Below, piece by piece: positions 22,437 to 32,611 of a DNA stretch of 64,000 nt. A program made the translations under genes and the position numbers. The number at the start of each line of letters is the position of its first letter. Within the stretch, counting starts at the first letter, position 1. The stretch is from an uncultured Actinomycetota bacterium (lineage in GTDB: Bacteria > Actinomycetota > Actinomycetes > Propionibacteriales > Nocardioidaceae). The stretch lies in NCBI GenBank assembly GCA_963808855.1, contig CAWEHA010000003.1:55315-119314 (forward strand), written 5' to 3'. The notes beneath the pieces are model-generated. The model saw nothing but the letters and a program-made list of their open reading frames with translations. It was not told the origin of the DNA and ran no database searches.

Positions 22437-23560
22437 GCACCTTCACCGACCGGTCCGTGGCCACCCTCGTCGGTGCCGCCGTCGGCGACGCCCTGGGCGG
22501 CGCCACCGAGGGCTGGACACCCGCCCAGATCCAGGAGCGGTACGGCGGTGTGGTCACCGGCATCGTGCCGCCGTTCAACGACGACTGGCGCAACGCCCGG
22601 CCCATCGCGCCGTACCACAAGGGCGACGGGCACATCACCGACGACACCTTGATGACGCATGCCCTGGTCGACGTGTACGCCGAGGTGCGCGACCACCTCG
22701 ACGCCTACGCGGTGGCCGAGCACCTGGTGCCGTTGCTCATCGGCGAGAAGCGGTGGGTGCCCGAGCTCGAGTCGGAGGCGCTGCTGCTGCACCGGGTGTT
22801 CCTCGCCGAGAAGTGGCTCGTGGCGCGCCTCCACTACGGGCACGTCGACCCGCGCGAGGCCGGCGTCGGCAACATCGTCAACTGCGGTGCTGCGATGTAC
22901 CTCGCACCGGTGGGCGTGGTGAACGCCGGCGACCCGGCGGGCGCCTACGCCGAGGCGATCGACATCGCGTCGGCCCACCAGTCGAGCTACGGCAAGGAGG
23001 CCGCGGGCGTGCTCGCAGCCGCCGTCGCGGCCGCCTTCGCACCCGGCGCGGACGCCCGCAGCGTGGTGGACGCCGCCGTCGGCCTCGCCCACGACGGCAC
23101 CCGCGCCGCCATCGAGGCGGTGGCCGACGTGGCCGCCACCCTCGGCGACTGGGAGGAGGCGATCCCCTTGCTGCGCAAGGCGATCGAGCCCTTCGACACC
23201 GTCGGCGAGCACTACCGCCAGCCCGCGATGGACGCCCGCCGGCCGAGCCGCACCAAGTCCATCGAGGAGCTGCCGGTGGCGCTCGGCATGGTGCTGGTGG
23301 CCGACGGCGACTACGAGGGCGCCGTGCTCGGCGGCGTGAACTACGGGCGCGACACCGACTCCATCGCCAGCATGGCCGGCGCGATCTGCGGCGCCCTCGG
23401 CGGCACCGCTGCGGTGCGCTCGGACTGGGCCGAGCAGGTGGCCGAGGCGAGCCGCACCTCCCTCACCGCCCCCGGCGAGACGCTGGCGGCCGTCGCCCGC
23501 GAGGTCTGGGCCGCCGACGCCGAGCGCGTCGCCGCCCGCGATGCCGCGCGCGCCCGGTGA
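22433..23560 (+). CDS. ADP-ribosylglycohydrolase (DraG/ARH) family protein 1
   Basis: AVGDALG, ITDDT, GRDTDSIASMAG. Confidence 0.92.
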   Translation: MSTFTDRSVATLVGAAVGDALGGATEGWTPAQIQERYGGVVTGIVPPFNDDWRNARPIAPYHKGDGHITDDTLMTHALVDVYAEVRDHLDAYAVAEHLVPLLIGEKRWVPELESEALLLHRVFLAEKWLVARLHYGHVDPREAGVGNIVNCGAAMYLAPVGVVNAGDPAGAYAEAIDIASAHQSSYGKEAAGVLAAAVAAAFAPGADARSVVDAAVGLAHDGTRAAIEAVADVAATLGDWEEAIPLLRKAIEPFDTVGEHYRQPAMDARRPSRTKSIEELPVALGMVLVADGDYEGAVLGGVNYGRDTDSIASMAGAICGALGGTAAVRSDWAEQVAEASRTSLTAPGETLAAVAREVWAADAERVAARDAARAR

Positions 23561-24882
23561 CGCGCCTCACCTGGGTGCAGCCGGCCGACCTGCTGGCGCA
23601 CGAGCTCGTGGCGAGTGAGCACGAGGGCAAGCCGGTCGACGACGTCCGCGAGCGCTGGGCGTCCGCGGGCGGCGTCGTGGAGGCGCCCGTCGGTGGCGCC
23701 GGTCCGGAGCAGGACCACCTCGCGCCACTCGCGCTCGAGCTGCTCGACGAGCTCGACGCCCGGCCGGTCGACGCCGCCCTGGCGGCGCGCGAGCCCGAGG
23801 AGCCGGGAGCCGACGTCGCCCCGATCCCGGTGGCCGACGGGCTCGGCGACCGGCTGCTCGGCGCCTGGACCGGCCGTGCCGCCGGCTGCCTGCTCGGCAA
23901 GCCCGTCGAGAAGATCCCGCGCGCCGGCATCCGGGAGATCCTCGTCAGCCAGGGCCGCTGGCCGCTGGCCCACTACTTCACCGCGCAGGACCTCCCCGAC
24001 GGCGTCGCGGCGCGCTGGCCGTGGAACCGCCGCAGCGCCCCCACCAGCCTGGTCGAGAACATCGACGGCATGCCGATCGACGACGACCTCGAGTACGCGA
24101 TGCTCGGGCTCGCCGTGCTCGAACGCCACGGGCCGGGGTTCACCACCGACGACGTCGCCGACGCCTGGCTGGCCGACCTGCCCGGCGGCCGCGTGTTCAC
24201 CGCCGAGCGGGTGGCCTACCGCAACCTGCTGCTCGGCCTGACGCCGCCCGCCACCGCGCTGCGGCACAACCCGTTCCGGGAGTGGATCGGCGCGATGATC
24301 CGCGCCGACGTGCACGGCTGGACCCACCCCGGCGACCCCGCCGCCGCGGCCGCGCAGGCCGCGAAGGACGCACGGTTGAGCCACGTTCGCTCCGGGGCCT
24401 ACGGCGCGAGGTCGGTGGCGGCGATGTGCGCCGCCGCGGTGGCGGGCGCCGGACTCGATGACGTGCTGGCCGCGGGCCTCGCCGTCGTGCCCGAGGGCAG
24501 CCGCTTTGCCGAGGCGTTCGGCTTCGGCGTCGCGCTGGGCCGCACCGAGCGGGACGACGAGGCCGCCCTCGACGCGCTGCACGAGCGCTACGGCCACCTG
24601 CACTGGGTGCACACGCTCAACAACGCGGCCCTCGCCGGCTACGCGCTCGCGGCGTCGGGCGGCGACTTCGCGCGGGCGGTCTGCCTCGCCGTCACCGGTG
24701 GCTGGGACACCGACTCGGTGGGCGCCACGGTCGGCTCGGTCACCGGCGCCCTCACCGGCGCCGCCGCCCTCCCCGAGCACTGGACGGCGCCGCTGCGCAA
24801 CCGGGTGGCGAGCAGCCTCCCCGGCTTCGACGGCATCGGCCTCGACGAGCTCGCCCGCCGCACCGAGGCGGTGATCGCATGA
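23557..24882 (+). CDS. ADP-ribosylglycohydrolase family protein 2
   Basis: AAGCLLGKPVE, PIDDDLEY, GWDTDSVGATVG. Confidence 0.88.
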   Translation: MTRLTWVQPADLLAHELVASEHEGKPVDDVRERWASAGGVVEAPVGGAGPEQDHLAPLALELLDELDARPVDAALAAREPEEPGADVAPIPVADGLGDRLLGAWTGRAAGCLLGKPVEKIPRAGIREILVSQGRWPLAHYFTAQDLPDGVAARWPWNRRSAPTSLVENIDGMPIDDDLEYAMLGLAVLERHGPGFTTDDVADAWLADLPGGRVFTAERVAYRNLLLGLTPPATALRHNPFREWIGAMIRADVHGWTHPGDPAAAAAQAAKDARLSHVRSGAYGARSVAAMCAAAVAGAGLDDVLAAGLAVVPEGSRFAEAFGFGVALGRTERDDEAALDALHERYGHLHWVHTLNNAALAGYALAASGGDFARAVCLAVTGGWDTDSVGATVGSVTGALTGAAALPEHWTAPLRNRVASSLPGFDGIGLDELARRTEAVIA

Positions 24883-25734
24883 GCGGCGTCGTCGTGGTCG
24901 GGAGCGCCAACCTCGATCTCATCGCCGCGCTCGACGCCATCCCGGCGCCGGGCGAGACCGTGCTCGCGCGCGACGTCGAGCAGCGGGCGGGCGGAAAGGG
25001 GCTCAACCAAGCCGTTGCTGCGGCTCGGGCCGGTGCCGCCACCACGTTCGTGGCCGCCGTCGGCGACGACGACGCGGCCGAGGTGCTGCTCGGCGCGGCC
25101 CGACGACGCGGGTGTCGACACGAGCCTGGTGCGGCGCGAGTCCGGTGCCAGTGGCACCGCGTGGATCATGGTCGGCCGCGACGGCGAGAACGCGATCGTC
25201 GTCACCAGCGCCGCGAACGCCGCGCTCACCGCGCTCACCGATGCCGAGCGCGACGCCGTCACCGAGGCGGCCGTGGTGGTGGCCCAGCTCGAGACTCCGC
25301 TGTCGGCGGTCACCGAGGCGGCCGAGGCAGCCCGGGGCACGTTCGTGCTCAACGCCGCACCGGCCCGCGAGCTGCCCGACGAGCTGCTGCGCCGCGTCGA
25401 CGTGCTCGTGGTCAACGAGGGCGAGGCAGCCGCCCTGTCCGGGGTCGAGGCGCTGCTCGAGCGGGTCGGCGCCGTCGTCGTCACGCTCGGCGCGGCCGGT
25501 GCGCTCGTGGCCGACGAGCACGGACGGCGGGAGGTGGCCGGCGTCCGCGCCGACGTCGTCGACACCACCGGCGCCGGCGACACCTTCACCGGCTACCTGG
25601 CGGCCGGCCTGGCCGCGGGAGCCGGCCTCGACGACGCCGTCGCCCGCGCCGTGGTGGCCGGAGCGATCGCCGTCGAGCGGCCGGGCGCCGTCCCGTCGAT
25701 CCCCACCGCCGCCGAGGTGGACGCGCGAGCATGA
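24879..25734 (+). CDS. rbsK: Ribokinase (apparent frameshift near 25102)
   Basis: GSANLD, GGKGLNQAVAAAR, then in shifted frame LVVNEGEA, DTTGAGDTFTG. Confidence 0.88.
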
Positions 25735-27568
25735 GCATCGCCGCCGAGGCGCCGCGGGACCCCTACGCGCCGCGACCGATCGACCTGCCCACGCCGGTGC
25801 CGCTGGAGCCCGACGCCGACCTGTCGGTGCTCGACGACGCCAAGATCATCGCCGCTCCCGACGACCCCGCCGACCGGCCGGCGCTGGCGGGCCGCCCTGC
25901 ACCGCTGGCGCGAGGAGGCGCGCGCCCGCACGGCGTACGACGGCGCGCCGCTACGACGACCCCGCCACCGCCTGGGCCGCCACCGTGTGGAACGTGGCGA
26001 TCGTCTGGCTGTGGGACGAGGCCGTGCGCGACTGGGAGCGCGACCGCTTCGACGCCGACAGGTTGCTCGCCACCTACGAGCCGTTCGGCGGACTCGACGC
26101 CGTGGTGCTGTGGCACGCCTACCCGGTGATCGGCATCGACGACCGCAACCAGTTCGACTGGTACGACGTGCCCGGCCTGCGGGGGCTCGTCGACGACCTG
26201 CACAGGCGCGGCGTCCGCGTCTTCCTCGACTACAACCCGTGGGACGTGGGCACCCGGCGCACCGAGCGCACGGACGCCGCCCGGCTCGCCGACCTCGTCA
26301 CCCGGCTCGGCGCCGACGGCGTCTTCCTCGACACCCTCAAGGAGGGCGACCCCGACCTGCTCGCCACGCTCGGCGCGATGACGCCGCCGCCGGTGCTGGA
26401 GGGCGAGTCGCGGGTGCCGCTGGAGCGGGTCGGCGACCACCAGGCGTCGTGGGCGCAGTGGTTCGCCGACAGTCCGACGCCCGGCGTGCTGCGGGCGCGG
26501 TGGTTCGAGCAGCGCCACCAGATGCACCACACCCGCCGCTGGAACCGCGACCATGCCGCCGAGCTGCGCTCGGCCTGGGTCAACGGCGCCGGCGTGCTGA
26601 TCTGGGACGTCGTGTTCGGCGTCCGCGTCGACTGGTCGGAGCGCGACCTCGCCGCGCTGCGGCTGATGCGGTCGGTGCACCGCGCGCACGCCGACCTGCT
26701 CACCCACGGCGACTGGGAGCCGCTCACCGACCTGCACCCCGACGCCACCGCCGCGGGGGTCGCCGGATCCCGCTGGCGGCTCGGCGACCGCACCCTGCAC
26801 ACGCTCGCGAACCCCACCGACCGCGCCTACACCGGTCCGCTGCTGCCCGGCGGTCCGGCCGTCGTCGTGCCCGCCGGCGGCATCGTCGGCCTGCTGGACG
26901 GCGCGCCGCTCGAGGTGGCCGAACCGGCGGACGACGAACCGCGCCGCACCCCGCAGCGGATCGTGCCCCAGCCCGCCTTCGGCCCTCCGTCCCCGGACGC
27001 CGTCCGGCCGACGCCCGGTGAGCGCGACCTCGTCGTCCGCTGGCGGCAGCGCGAGACCGGCCTCTACGAGGACGCGCCCTACGTGGAGGACTGGAAGCCG
27101 CTGCCGCCGCGCCTGCACCAGGACCGCGAAGCCGTGCGGCGGGTGCGCATCGGCGCCGTCGCCGTCGACGCGCGTCCGGTGAGCCCCGACGAGTTCGCCG
27201 CCTACCTCGCCGACACCGGCCAGGAGGATCGGTCCGCCGCCGACCTCGACGACGCCCGTGGGTACGCCGCCTGGCGCGGCGCCCGGCTGCCCACCGAGGA
27301 CGAGTGGCAGGCCGCGGCCGCCGAGCCGGGGTTCACCCGCGGCGAGCGGCCGGTGTGGGAGTGGACGGAGAGCGAGCACCGCGACGGCCGCACCCGCTGG
27401 GCCGTCGTCAAGGGCGGCTCCTGGTACACCGCCGAGGGCTCCGACTGGTACTTCGACGGCGGCCCGCGCGAGCCGGAGTGGGCGGCCCGCTTCCTGCTCA
27501 CCCAGGCCGGGACGTCGCGCGCGGAGACGGTCGGCTTCCGGTGCGCCGTCGACCTCCGCGACACGTGA
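25731..27568 (+). CDS. TIM-barrel-like domain + FGE/SUMF1-like C-terminal domain protein (two apparent +1 indels near 25884 and 25948)
   Basis: RLPTEDEWQAAA, VWEWTES, KGGSW, VGFRC FGE-sulfatase motifs; VVLWHAYP..DGVFLDT N-terminal barrel. Confidence 0.8.
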
Positions 27569-27642
27569 CCATTGGATCCAATGGGGTGCTGGACACCGCC
27601 GCGCAGCCCGTGACAGGCTGCTACGGCACCTAGATCGGATCC
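27569..27642 (+). promoter_or_regulatory. Palindromic operator pair upstream of VOC-GntR operon
   Basis: Perfect 16-bp palindrome CCATTGGATCCAATGG (27569-84) and AGATCGGATCC (27632-42). Confidence 0.7.
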
Positions 27643-27666
27643 CACCTGCCTGTGCGGAGAGTGCCC

Positions 27667-28158
27667 ATGCCGATGCCGGGGTTGCGCCGGCTCGACCACG
27701 TCGGGTTCACCGTGCCCGACCTCGACGAGGCGCACCGGTTCCTGGTCGACGTGCTGGGCTGCGAGTACCTCTACACGCTCGGGCCGTTCGGTCCGTTCCC
27801 GGACGACTGGATGACCACCCACCTCGCCGTCCACCCGCGGGCGGTGATGGAGAACCGCTGGTACCGCTGCGGCGAGCAGGCGGTCTTCGAGGTGTTCCGC
27901 TACGACGTGCCGGAGCAGCGCGACACCCCGCCGCGCAACAGCGACGTCGGCGGCCATCACGTGGCGCTCTACGTCGATGACCTCGACGTGGCGATCGAGC
28001 ACCTGCGAGCCCACGACGTCGAGGTGTTCGCCGGCCCGACCGCCAGCCGGGGACCGGCCGAGGGCAACCGCTGGATCTACTTCCGCAGCCCGTGGGGGAT
28101 GCAGTTCGAGCTCGTCTCCTACCCCGAGGGCAAGCGGTGGGACCGGGAGACGGCATGA
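27667..28158 (+). CDS. VOC (glyoxalase/bleomycin resistance) family protein
   Basis: LDHVGFTVPDLD, FEVF, GGHHVALYVDD, YFRSPWGMQFELV. Confidence 0.9.
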   Translation: MPMPGLRRLDHVGFTVPDLDEAHRFLVDVLGCEYLYTLGPFGPFPDDWMTTHLAVHPRAVMENRWYRCGEQAVFEVFRYDVPEQRDTPPRNSDVGGHHVALYVDDLDVAIEHLRAHDVEVFAGPTASRGPAEGNRWIYFRSPWGMQFELVSYPEGKRWDRETA

Positions 28159-28817
28159 GCACCCCCGAGAAGGCGAGCGACGACGTCGGCAGCACCCGCG
28201 TCGCGGCCTATCTGCGCGAGGCGATCCTCAGCGGCGCCCTGCGCCCCGGCGACCGGATCCGGCAGGCCGAGGTGGCCGAGCGGCTCGGCGCCAGCCGGCT
28301 CCCGGTGCGCGAGGCGCTGCGCATGCTCGAGGCCGAGGGGCTCACCGAGAGCGAGGCTCACAAGGGCGCGCGCGTCCCGCGGCTCACCCAGCACGAGGTC
28401 GAGATGATCTACGAGATGCGCGAGCGGCTCGAGCCGCTGGCCCTGGTCGAGAGCCTCGGCCACCTCGACGAGGCCGACCTCGAGCGCCTCGACGAGGTGC
28501 AGCGCCGGATCGAGCAGAACGACGACGTCGAGAAGTTCCTCGACCTCGACCGCGAGTTCCACATGCTCACCTACAGCGCCTGCCACCTCGACACGCTGAT
28601 GTCGATGGTCACCCGCCTGTGGAACGCCACCCAGCACTACCGGCGCGCCTACGTGGCGCTCGGCGGCCGCGACCGGATGTGGGTGGTCAACGTCGAGCAC
28701 CGGCTGATCCTCGACGCGATGATGCGGCACGACGCCGTCGACGCCGAGCGCTACCTGGGCGGCCACATCCGCCGCACCCGCATCGCGCTCGGCCATCACC
28801 CCGGGGTGTTCGAGTGA
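28155..28817 (+). CDS. GntR family regulator (FCD domain)
   Basis: LREAILSGALRPGDRI, LGASRLPVREAL, DREFH. Confidence 0.93.
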   Translation: MSTPEKASDDVGSTRVAAYLREAILSGALRPGDRIRQAEVAERLGASRLPVREALRMLEAEGLTESEAHKGARVPRLTQHEVEMIYEMRERLEPLALVESLGHLDEADLERLDEVQRRIEQNDDVEKFLDLDREFHMLTYSACHLDTLMSMVTRLWNATQHYRRAYVALGGRDRMWVVNVEHRLILDAMMRHDAVDAERYLGGHIRRTRIALGHHPGVFE

Positions 28818-29281
28818 GCGACGCCGGGCCGGCGCTGCGCGTGAACGGCGAGCAGGTCCGACCCACGTCCGACGGCGAGACGCCGCTGCTCACCGTCCTG
28901 CGCGACGAGCTGGGCCTGGTCGGCAGCCGCTTCGGGTGCGGCCAGAGCCTGTGCGGCGCCTGCTTCGTCGACGTCGACGGCACGGTGCTGCCGTCGTGCC
29001 AGACCCCGTTGTGGCAGGTGGCGGACGCCTCGGTGACCACAGTGGAGGGCCTGTCGCGCGACGGTCGCCCGCACCCCGTGCAGCAGGCGATCCTCGACCG
29101 GCAGGCCGCGCAGTGCGGCTTCTGCATCTCCGGCATCGTGGTCGCCGCCGCCGCCCTGCTGCGCGACGAGCCGGACGCCGACGCCGCCCGGGTGGCGGAG
29201 GCGCTCGACCGCAACCTGTGCCGCTGCGGCGCGCAGACCCGCATCATCGACGCCGTGCTCGCGGCCCGGGAGCCGCGGTGA
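28814..29281 (+). CDS. Molybdenum hydroxylase 2x[2Fe-2S] small subunit (NicA/IorA-like)
   Basis: GCGQSLCGAC, QCGFC, NLCRCG. Confidence 0.93.
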   Translation: MSDAGPALRVNGEQVRPTSDGETPLLTVLRDELGLVGSRFGCGQSLCGACFVDVDGTVLPSCQTPLWQVADASVTTVEGLSRDGRPHPVQQAILDRQAAQCGFCISGIVVAAAALLRDEPDADAARVAEALDRNLCRCGAQTRIIDAVLAAREPR

Positions 29282-31293
29282 GCGACGTCCCGGCGCACGT
29301 CGCCGCCAACCCCCGGCTCGGTACCTGGCTGCACGTCGCGGGTGACGTGGTGGAGGTGCGGATCGGCAAGGTCGAGCTCGGCCAGGGGATCCTCACCGCC
29401 TTCGCCCAGCTGGCTGCCGACGCCCTCGGCGTGCCGCTCGCGACCGTGCGCGTGGTGGCTGCGCACACCGGCCTCGGCCCCGACCAGGGCACCACCGCCG
29501 GGAGCATGTCGGTGCTGCACTCGGGCCCGGCGCTGCGCCACGTCGGCGGTGTCGTGCGGGCGCTGGCCGGCCCCACCGACCCCATGCCCGACTACCTGGC
29601 GCGGATCGCGGCCCTCGACCCCGGCACCGACCTCACCGCCGTCGACCCCGCCTCGCCGCTCGCGCCGTCGAGCGTCGGCACGAGCGCCGGTCGGCTCGAC
29701 CTGCCCGACAAGGTGCTCGGCCGACCGCGCTACCTGGCCGACCTGCGCCCCGAGGGTCTGCTGCACGGACGCGTGCTGCGGCCGGCCACGCCGGGCGCCG
29801 CGCTGGTCGGGCTCGACGACGACTGGAAGGCCACCGGCGTCGACCTCGTGCGCGACGGCTCGTTCCTCGGCGTGGTCGGCGAGCGGGAGGTCGACGTCGA
29901 CCGCGCTCTCGAGCGGCTGCGCCACGACGCCTCCTGGTCGCCCGGCCACGAGCTGCCCGACGAGGACGACCTGCCGCGGTGGCTGCGCGACGGGCCGCAG
30001 CAGGAGATCCCGGTGCTCGACGAGCACGACGGCGAGCCGGCGCCCACGCTGACGGCGTCGTACGCCAAGCCGTTCCTGCTCCACGCCTCGATCGCCCCGA
30101 GCGCCGGGCTGGCGCGGTGGGACGCGGACGGGTCGCTGCACGTGTGGAGCCACAGCCAGGGCATCCGGCCGCTGCGCACGGCGATCGCCACCACCCTGGG
30201 CCTCGACCCCGAGCTCGTCGTCGTCGAGCACGTCGAGAACGCCGGATGCTACGGCCACAACGCCGCCGACGACGCCGCCTTCGACGCCGTGCTGCTGGCC
30301 CGGGCGGTGCCGGGGCGACCCGTGCTCGTGCGGTGGACGCGCGAGGACGAGCTCACCTGGGGTCCGCTGTCGCCCGCGATGACCGCGACTGTCTCGGCCA
30401 CCGTCGACGACGGCCGGATCACGTCCTGGAACCACGACGTGTGGAGCCTCGGCCACACCTCGCGCCCCGGCTACCGCGGAACTCCGGGCCTGCTGGCCGG
30501 GGCGCATCTCGCCGCACCGGTGCCGTTGCCGCCGCCCACGGACCCGCCACTGGAGCGAGGCGGCGGCACCACCCGCAACGCGGTGCCGATCTACGACGTC
30601 GGCCCCCGCCGGGTCACCGGTCACCGCCGCGAGGAGACGCCGCTGCGCACCTCGGCCATGCGCGGCCTGGGCGCCTACCTCAACGTCTTCGCCATCGAGA
30701 GCTTCGTCGACGAGCTGGCCGAGCACCTCGGCGTCGACCCGGTGCGGCTGCGCCTCGACCACCTCAGCGACCCACGAGCCGCCCACGTGGTCGAGACCGC
30801 GGCCCGGCTCGGCGGCTACCACGACGCCGTGCCCGACGACATCGGCCGCGGCCTGGGCTTCGCGCGCTACAAGGACAAGGGCGCCTACTGCGCGGTGGTG
30901 GCCGAGGTGTCGGTGCACGCCGAGGTGCGGGTGCGGCGGCTCACGGTGGTGGCCGACGTCGGCACGGTGGTCAACCCCGACGGCGCCCGCAACCAGCTCG
31001 AGGGCGGCGCCACCCAGGCCGCCAGCTGGACCGTCGTCGAGCGGGTGCGCTTCGACCGCACCCGGATCACCAGCTCCGACTGGGAGACCTACCCCGTCCT
31101 GCGGTTCAGCGCGGCGCCCCGGGTCGAGGCGCACCTCGTCGACAGCGACGCGCCGTCCACCGGCGCCGGCGAGGCTGCCCAGGGACCCACCGCCGCCGCG
31201 ATCGCCAACGCCGTGCACCGCGCGCTCGGCGTCCGGGTGCGTGACCTGCCGCTCGACGCCGCCGCCGTCGTCCGCGCCATCGACAAGACCTGA
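29278..31293 (+). CDS. Molybdopterin-binding large subunit (xanthine oxidase family, NicB/IorB-like)
   Basis: GKVELGQGILTAFAQ, SHSQG, AGCYGHNAADD, RTSAMRGLG, NPDGARNQLEGG, GAGEA. Confidence 0.9.
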   Translation: MSDVPAHVAANPRLGTWLHVAGDVVEVRIGKVELGQGILTAFAQLAADALGVPLATVRVVAAHTGLGPDQGTTAGSMSVLHSGPALRHVGGVVRALAGPTDPMPDYLARIAALDPGTDLTAVDPASPLAPSSVGTSAGRLDLPDKVLGRPRYLADLRPEGLLHGRVLRPATPGAALVGLDDDWKATGVDLVRDGSFLGVVGEREVDVDRALERLRHDASWSPGHELPDEDDLPRWLRDGPQQEIPVLDEHDGEPAPTLTASYAKPFLLHASIAPSAGLARWDADGSLHVWSHSQGIRPLRTAIATTLGLDPELVVVEHVENAGCYGHNAADDAAFDAVLLARAVPGRPVLVRWTREDELTWGPLSPAMTATVSATVDDGRITSWNHDVWSLGHTSRPGYRGTPGLLAGAHLAAPVPLPPPTDPPLERGGGTTRNAVPIYDVGPRRVTGHRREETPLRTSAMRGLGAYLNVFAIESFVDELAEHLGVDPVRLRLDHLSDPRAAHVVETAARLGGYHDAVPDDIGRGLGFARYKDKGAYCAVVAEVSVHAEVRVRRLTVVADVGTVVNPDGARNQLEGGATQAASWTVVERVRFDRTRITSSDWETYPVLRFSAAPRVEAHLVDSDAPSTGAGEAAQGPTAAAIANAVHRALGVRVRDLPLDAAAVVRAIDKT

Positions 31294-31330
31294 CCACCAC
31301 CACGACTACGACCACCACAGGAGCAACCAC

Positions 31331-32497
31331 GTGACCCTCGGACCCCTCGACGGCGAGGCCCTGCATCTCACCGGCATCGGCCACCACGACCTCGGCGGCT
31401 TCGGCGACGGGATGCAGGTGCAGCGGGAGGGCGACGCGCTCTACGTCGGCCACTTCGGCCCGAGCGGCGCCGGCACCTCGATCCTCGACGCCTCCGACCC
31501 CACCGACCTGAAGCTCGTGACGCAGTGGATGTCGCCGGGCGGCAGCCACACCCACAAGGTGCAGGTGGCCGACGGCCTGCTGCTGGTGAACCACGAGCAG
31601 TTCCGCGGCGGTGACCCGTACAGCGCCGGCATGGCCGTCTACTCCCTCGCCGACCCGCTGCGCCCCGAGCAGATCGGCTGGTTCGACTCCACCGGCCGCG
31701 GCGTGCACCGGATCGTGTGGATGGGCGGCCGCTACGCCTACGTGTCGGCGATCCCGGAGGGGATGAACGACCGGATCTGGGTGATCGTCGACCTCGCCGA
31801 CCCAGCCAACCCGGTGGAGGCCGGGCGCTGGTGGTGGCCCGGCCAGCTCGAGGGCGAGGAGCCCACCTGGCCCGACGGCCTCCGCTACGCCGCCCACCAC
31901 GCCCTGCTCGACGGCGACACCGCCTACCTCGGCTACGGCGACGCCGGCATGGTCGTGCTCGACCTCTCCGACCCCACCGCCCCGCGCGAGCTCAGCACGA
32001 TCGGCTGGGAGCCCGGCGGCGACACCCACACCTGCCTGCCGCTGCCCGGCCGCGACCTCGTCGTCGTCACCGACGAGGTGGTCGACAGCTCCACCGAGGA
32101 GCACCTGGTGCGCGTCGTCGACGTCTCCGACCCCACCTCCCCGTTCGTGGTCTCGGCCTGCCCCCAGCCGCAGGGCGACTACGCCACCCGCGGCCTGCGC
32201 TTCGGCCCCCACAACACCCACGAGAACCGGCCGGGCAGCTACCGCAGCGCCGAGCTGGTGTTCGTCACCTACTTCAACGCCGGCCTGCGGGTCTACGACG
32301 TCGCCGACGCCGAGCAGCCGGTCGAGATCGCCCACTGGCTGCCGCCGGTGCCCGAGGGCCAGGTGGCCTGCCAGATCAACGACCTCTTCGTCACGGAGGA
32401 CTTCGACGTCTACGTGACGGACCGGGTCAACGGCGGGGTCTACGTCGTCCGCCCCGACGACGAGCTCGCCGAGCGGATGCGCGCGGCGTCGCTCTGA
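31331..32497 (+). CDS. LVIVD-repeat beta-propeller protein
   Basis: HTHKVQV, IWVIVDLADP, MVVLDLSDP, VRVVDVSDP, FGPHN, YFNAGLRVYDV. Confidence 0.85.
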   Translation: MTLGPLDGEALHLTGIGHHDLGGFGDGMQVQREGDALYVGHFGPSGAGTSILDASDPTDLKLVTQWMSPGGSHTHKVQVADGLLLVNHEQFRGGDPYSAGMAVYSLADPLRPEQIGWFDSTGRGVHRIVWMGGRYAYVSAIPEGMNDRIWVIVDLADPANPVEAGRWWWPGQLEGEEPTWPDGLRYAAHHALLDGDTAYLGYGDAGMVVLDLSDPTAPRELSTIGWEPGGDTHTCLPLPGRDLVVVTDEVVDSSTEEHLVRVVDVSDPTSPFVVSACPQPQGDYATRGLRFGPHNTHENRPGSYRSAELVFVTYFNAGLRVYDVADAEQPVEIAHWLPPVPEGQVACQINDLFVTEDFDVYVTDRVNGGVYVVRPDDELAERMRAASL

Positions 32498-32509
32498 GAG
32501 CGGGCCGGA

Positions 32510-32596
32510 GGTTTCGAGACAGGCGCTAGCGCGCCTTCCTCAACCACCGGAAAACCCCGGTGGTTGAGGAGGTTGCGCAGCAACCGTCTCGAAACC
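32510..32596. repeat. Inverted pair of REP-like units (BIME-like) between convergent genes
   Basis: GGTTTCGAGAC-hairpin-CCTCAACCACCGG / CCGGTGGTTGAGG-hairpin-GTCTCGAAACC. Confidence 0.85.
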
Positions 32597-32611
32597 ACCG
32601 GAGCGACACGA

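Noticed and set aside
31293-31325. Short ACC/GAC trinucleotide run (His/Asp-rich in one frame)
   Set aside because: Low-complexity intergenic spacer before an RBS; no evidence of a leader peptide or function.
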